A stretch of DNA of 63,955 bases, counting the filler, from Octopus bimaculoides (taxonomy: Eukaryota), in the NCBI RefSeq assembly GCF_001194135.2. It is 6 parts of 6 records of this genome, joined end to end, with 100 filler letters (N's around TTAATTAATTAA, not from the genome) between each part and the next. Parts side by side here need not be neighbours in the genome. Positions count along the whole stretch, not along the records: positions 61,664 to 63,955 come from NW_026309268.1; 5 more parts are not named here. One strand, given 5' to 3'. Shown in pieces: positions 61,986 through 63,955 of the stretch. Made by a program: the position numbers and the translations under genes. Position 1 is the stretch's first letter. Every line of letters starts with the position of its first letter. The notes under the pieces are model-generated. The model was not told the DNA's origin, did not search any database, and saw only the letters and a program-made list of their open reading frames with translations.

Positions 61986-62974
61986 TATATATATAATACA
62001 TATAAGAGGGATGAGCACTAAGTGGACATCCATTATGCTAGAAATAGACCACCTATGGTCTGACCACTAAGAAGAGATTGCTCTCAAGAAAATTCAGCGA
62101 ACGCCAGAACGTGAGCGAGCAAGACAAATGAAAAGATACAAAATATAAAGATTAATTAGATAGGATAAATATAGGATAAATAAGCAATAGAATAAAACTC
62201 TGGACATATTTCACCCTCCTCTGGGAGTTCAACAGCGAAGTGTAGCCTGCAATTAGTTTCAACCGTGCACTTATTGGCGTAAAGAAAGAGAAATACTTCT
62301 CATGACATTTGGTTGTTTCAGCGACAATCTCGGAATGAATTTCGCCCCTGATTGAAAGTTCAGCATGGAAGTATATGGATAGTGTCACTGTAACTTAAGC
62401 CGTGGTCGCAGCAGAGGAGTAGTGACAGGTGAAATTATTGTCACTGCTTATTATTCTAATCATTAACTGCGTTCTCAATTTACATGTCTAATTATCCTTC
62501 AATTTGGACAACATCTGCATACACAGGCACCCATTGAAACATGTATATACACACAAATATACATTCGGACAAGCACTCGAGCATATATGCAGTTATACAC
62601 TTATACATACATACATACATACATACATACATACATACACATATTCACATACAAATTCATACAGAGAGACACGCAAAGGGTCACAGATATACAGAGAGAT
62701 AGATAGATAGATAGATAGATAGTTAGATAGAGACGCATGCTCGAGGATGCAGACAAACACATACATATATGTACACAAACGCACTCAGACACATACATAT
62801 ATGTATACAAACGCATTCACATACGCACACGCGCCTGCGCATGCGCACATATATACACAGATGCACGTAATAAACATATGCAGATGACATTCAATGCAAA
62901 CTAAATAAGTCTTATTCTTCACCAACAAATAATGGATTCACTACCTTTTAACTTTTATTTTTCATTTCTTTCAG

Positions 62975-63190
62975 TAATTGGGCTGCGACCATGCTGGGGC
63001 ACCGCCTAGCAGGGTTTCAGTTGAACAAATCGAAGCCCGTATTTAGCTTTTTTTATAAGTCTTGTAATTATTATATCGGTCGCTTTTTGCCGAATCGCTA
63101 TGTTAGGGAGACGTAGACAACCCAACACCGGTTGTCAAGCGGTTGTGAGAGACACATGCACAAACACAAAGACACAACACACATAGAAAC
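62975..63190 (-). mobile_element. SINE family C, 3' half
   Basis: GCGACCATGCTGGGGCACCGCC..CAACACCGGTTGTCAAGCGG; same as 49265-49475 in reverse. Confidence 0.7.
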
Positions 63191-63199
63191 ATACATACA

Positions 63200-63810
63200 T
63201 CCGAGGAGATACTCAAATGTAACCGGAAACGCTCTCTGTGGGACAAGCCTGTTGTAGTTCAGGCTTCCGCCGCAAGAAGCCACTTGATGCGACCCTCAGG
63301 TATCTGTTTACCGACTGGCGTCGTCGGATGAAGTCGTGCTGACTCGTGGTACGTCTTTGTTTTGCAGTGTTTCTTCCTTGTTCGTCGAATTTTGTGATGG
63401 TTGATACGATGGAACAGCGTGCTTCCGCGAATTTCTGTTTTCTGCTGGGGAAGACAGTAGCGGCCGAAACAGTTCTCATGCTTCAAACAGCTAACAAGGA
63501 TGCTGCCATGAGCCAAACACAAGTTTACGAGTGGTTTCCACGCTTTAGGAATGATCGCTTGTCTCTTGAAGATCAACCTCGTTCAGGGCGACCGTCGACT
63601 TCGCGAACGAACGAAAATATCACGAAAATTCACGAACTGATCTTGATGGACCGTCGCTGAACATTTGACGAACTTGCTGATGTAACTGGGACTGATTATG
63701 CCCTGGAGCTCCTGCCAACGAATTTTTAGCGAGGAATTACGAATGAAAAGAGTCGCTGCAAAGTTTGTGTCTCGCTTGCTCACGGAAGATCAAAAGCAGT
63801 CACACGTGTC
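63200..63810 (+). mobile_element. Mariner 5' half
   Basis: MEQRASANFCFLLGK..AETV..VYEWF.RF...LEDQPRSGRPSTS, then MKRVAAKFVSRLLT. Confidence 0.85.
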
Positions 63811-63955
63811 GAGAACTGACAGCATATGGATAAACACATATAGAGACGAGAACAGTTGTGAATTTATCGTTTTGCTAAAAAGATAATTACATAAGTGGAG
63901 CTTCTATTATTTTGTTCAACCCCTGTATGTATGTATGTATGTATGTATGTATGTA

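Noticed and set aside
12184-63000. Many ORF-track hits such as poly-CV/HT/YI/RE/I/L/V and X-rich ORFs
   Set aside because: Translations of dinucleotide/trinucleotide microsatellites or N-gaps.

Overview
AT-rich, repeat-dense eukaryotic genomic DNA with assembly gaps. The SINE families and microsatellites suggest a cephalopod, probably octopus (inference). No intact transposon ORF, true tRNA/rRNA gene or CRISPR array is present. The window is a mosaic of decayed elements: several tRNA-like/CORE-type SINE families; Tx1/L1-like, R4/Dong-like, RTE and CR1/L2-like LINEs; a Neptune-type Penelope-like element (PLE) with inverted ends; a Gypsy integrase scrap; mariner, pogo, Tc1, hAT and 8-bp-TSD MITEs; and a Helentron-associated-like element. 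A CpG-depleted block (about 28.9-43.7 kb) and several splice-consistent candidate exons point to one or more host genes that I cannot name. The most notable signal is a set of small Penelope-type type-I hammerhead ribozyme motifs (8014-8059, 17065-17120, 57086-57126, degenerate 55094-55133), each with a different self-complementary stem III. One sits inside a compact tRNA-headed SINE-like unit, i.e. a candidate Pol III 'ribozyme SINE'/retrozyme-like element. All alignments and folds were done by eye and need computational confirmation.
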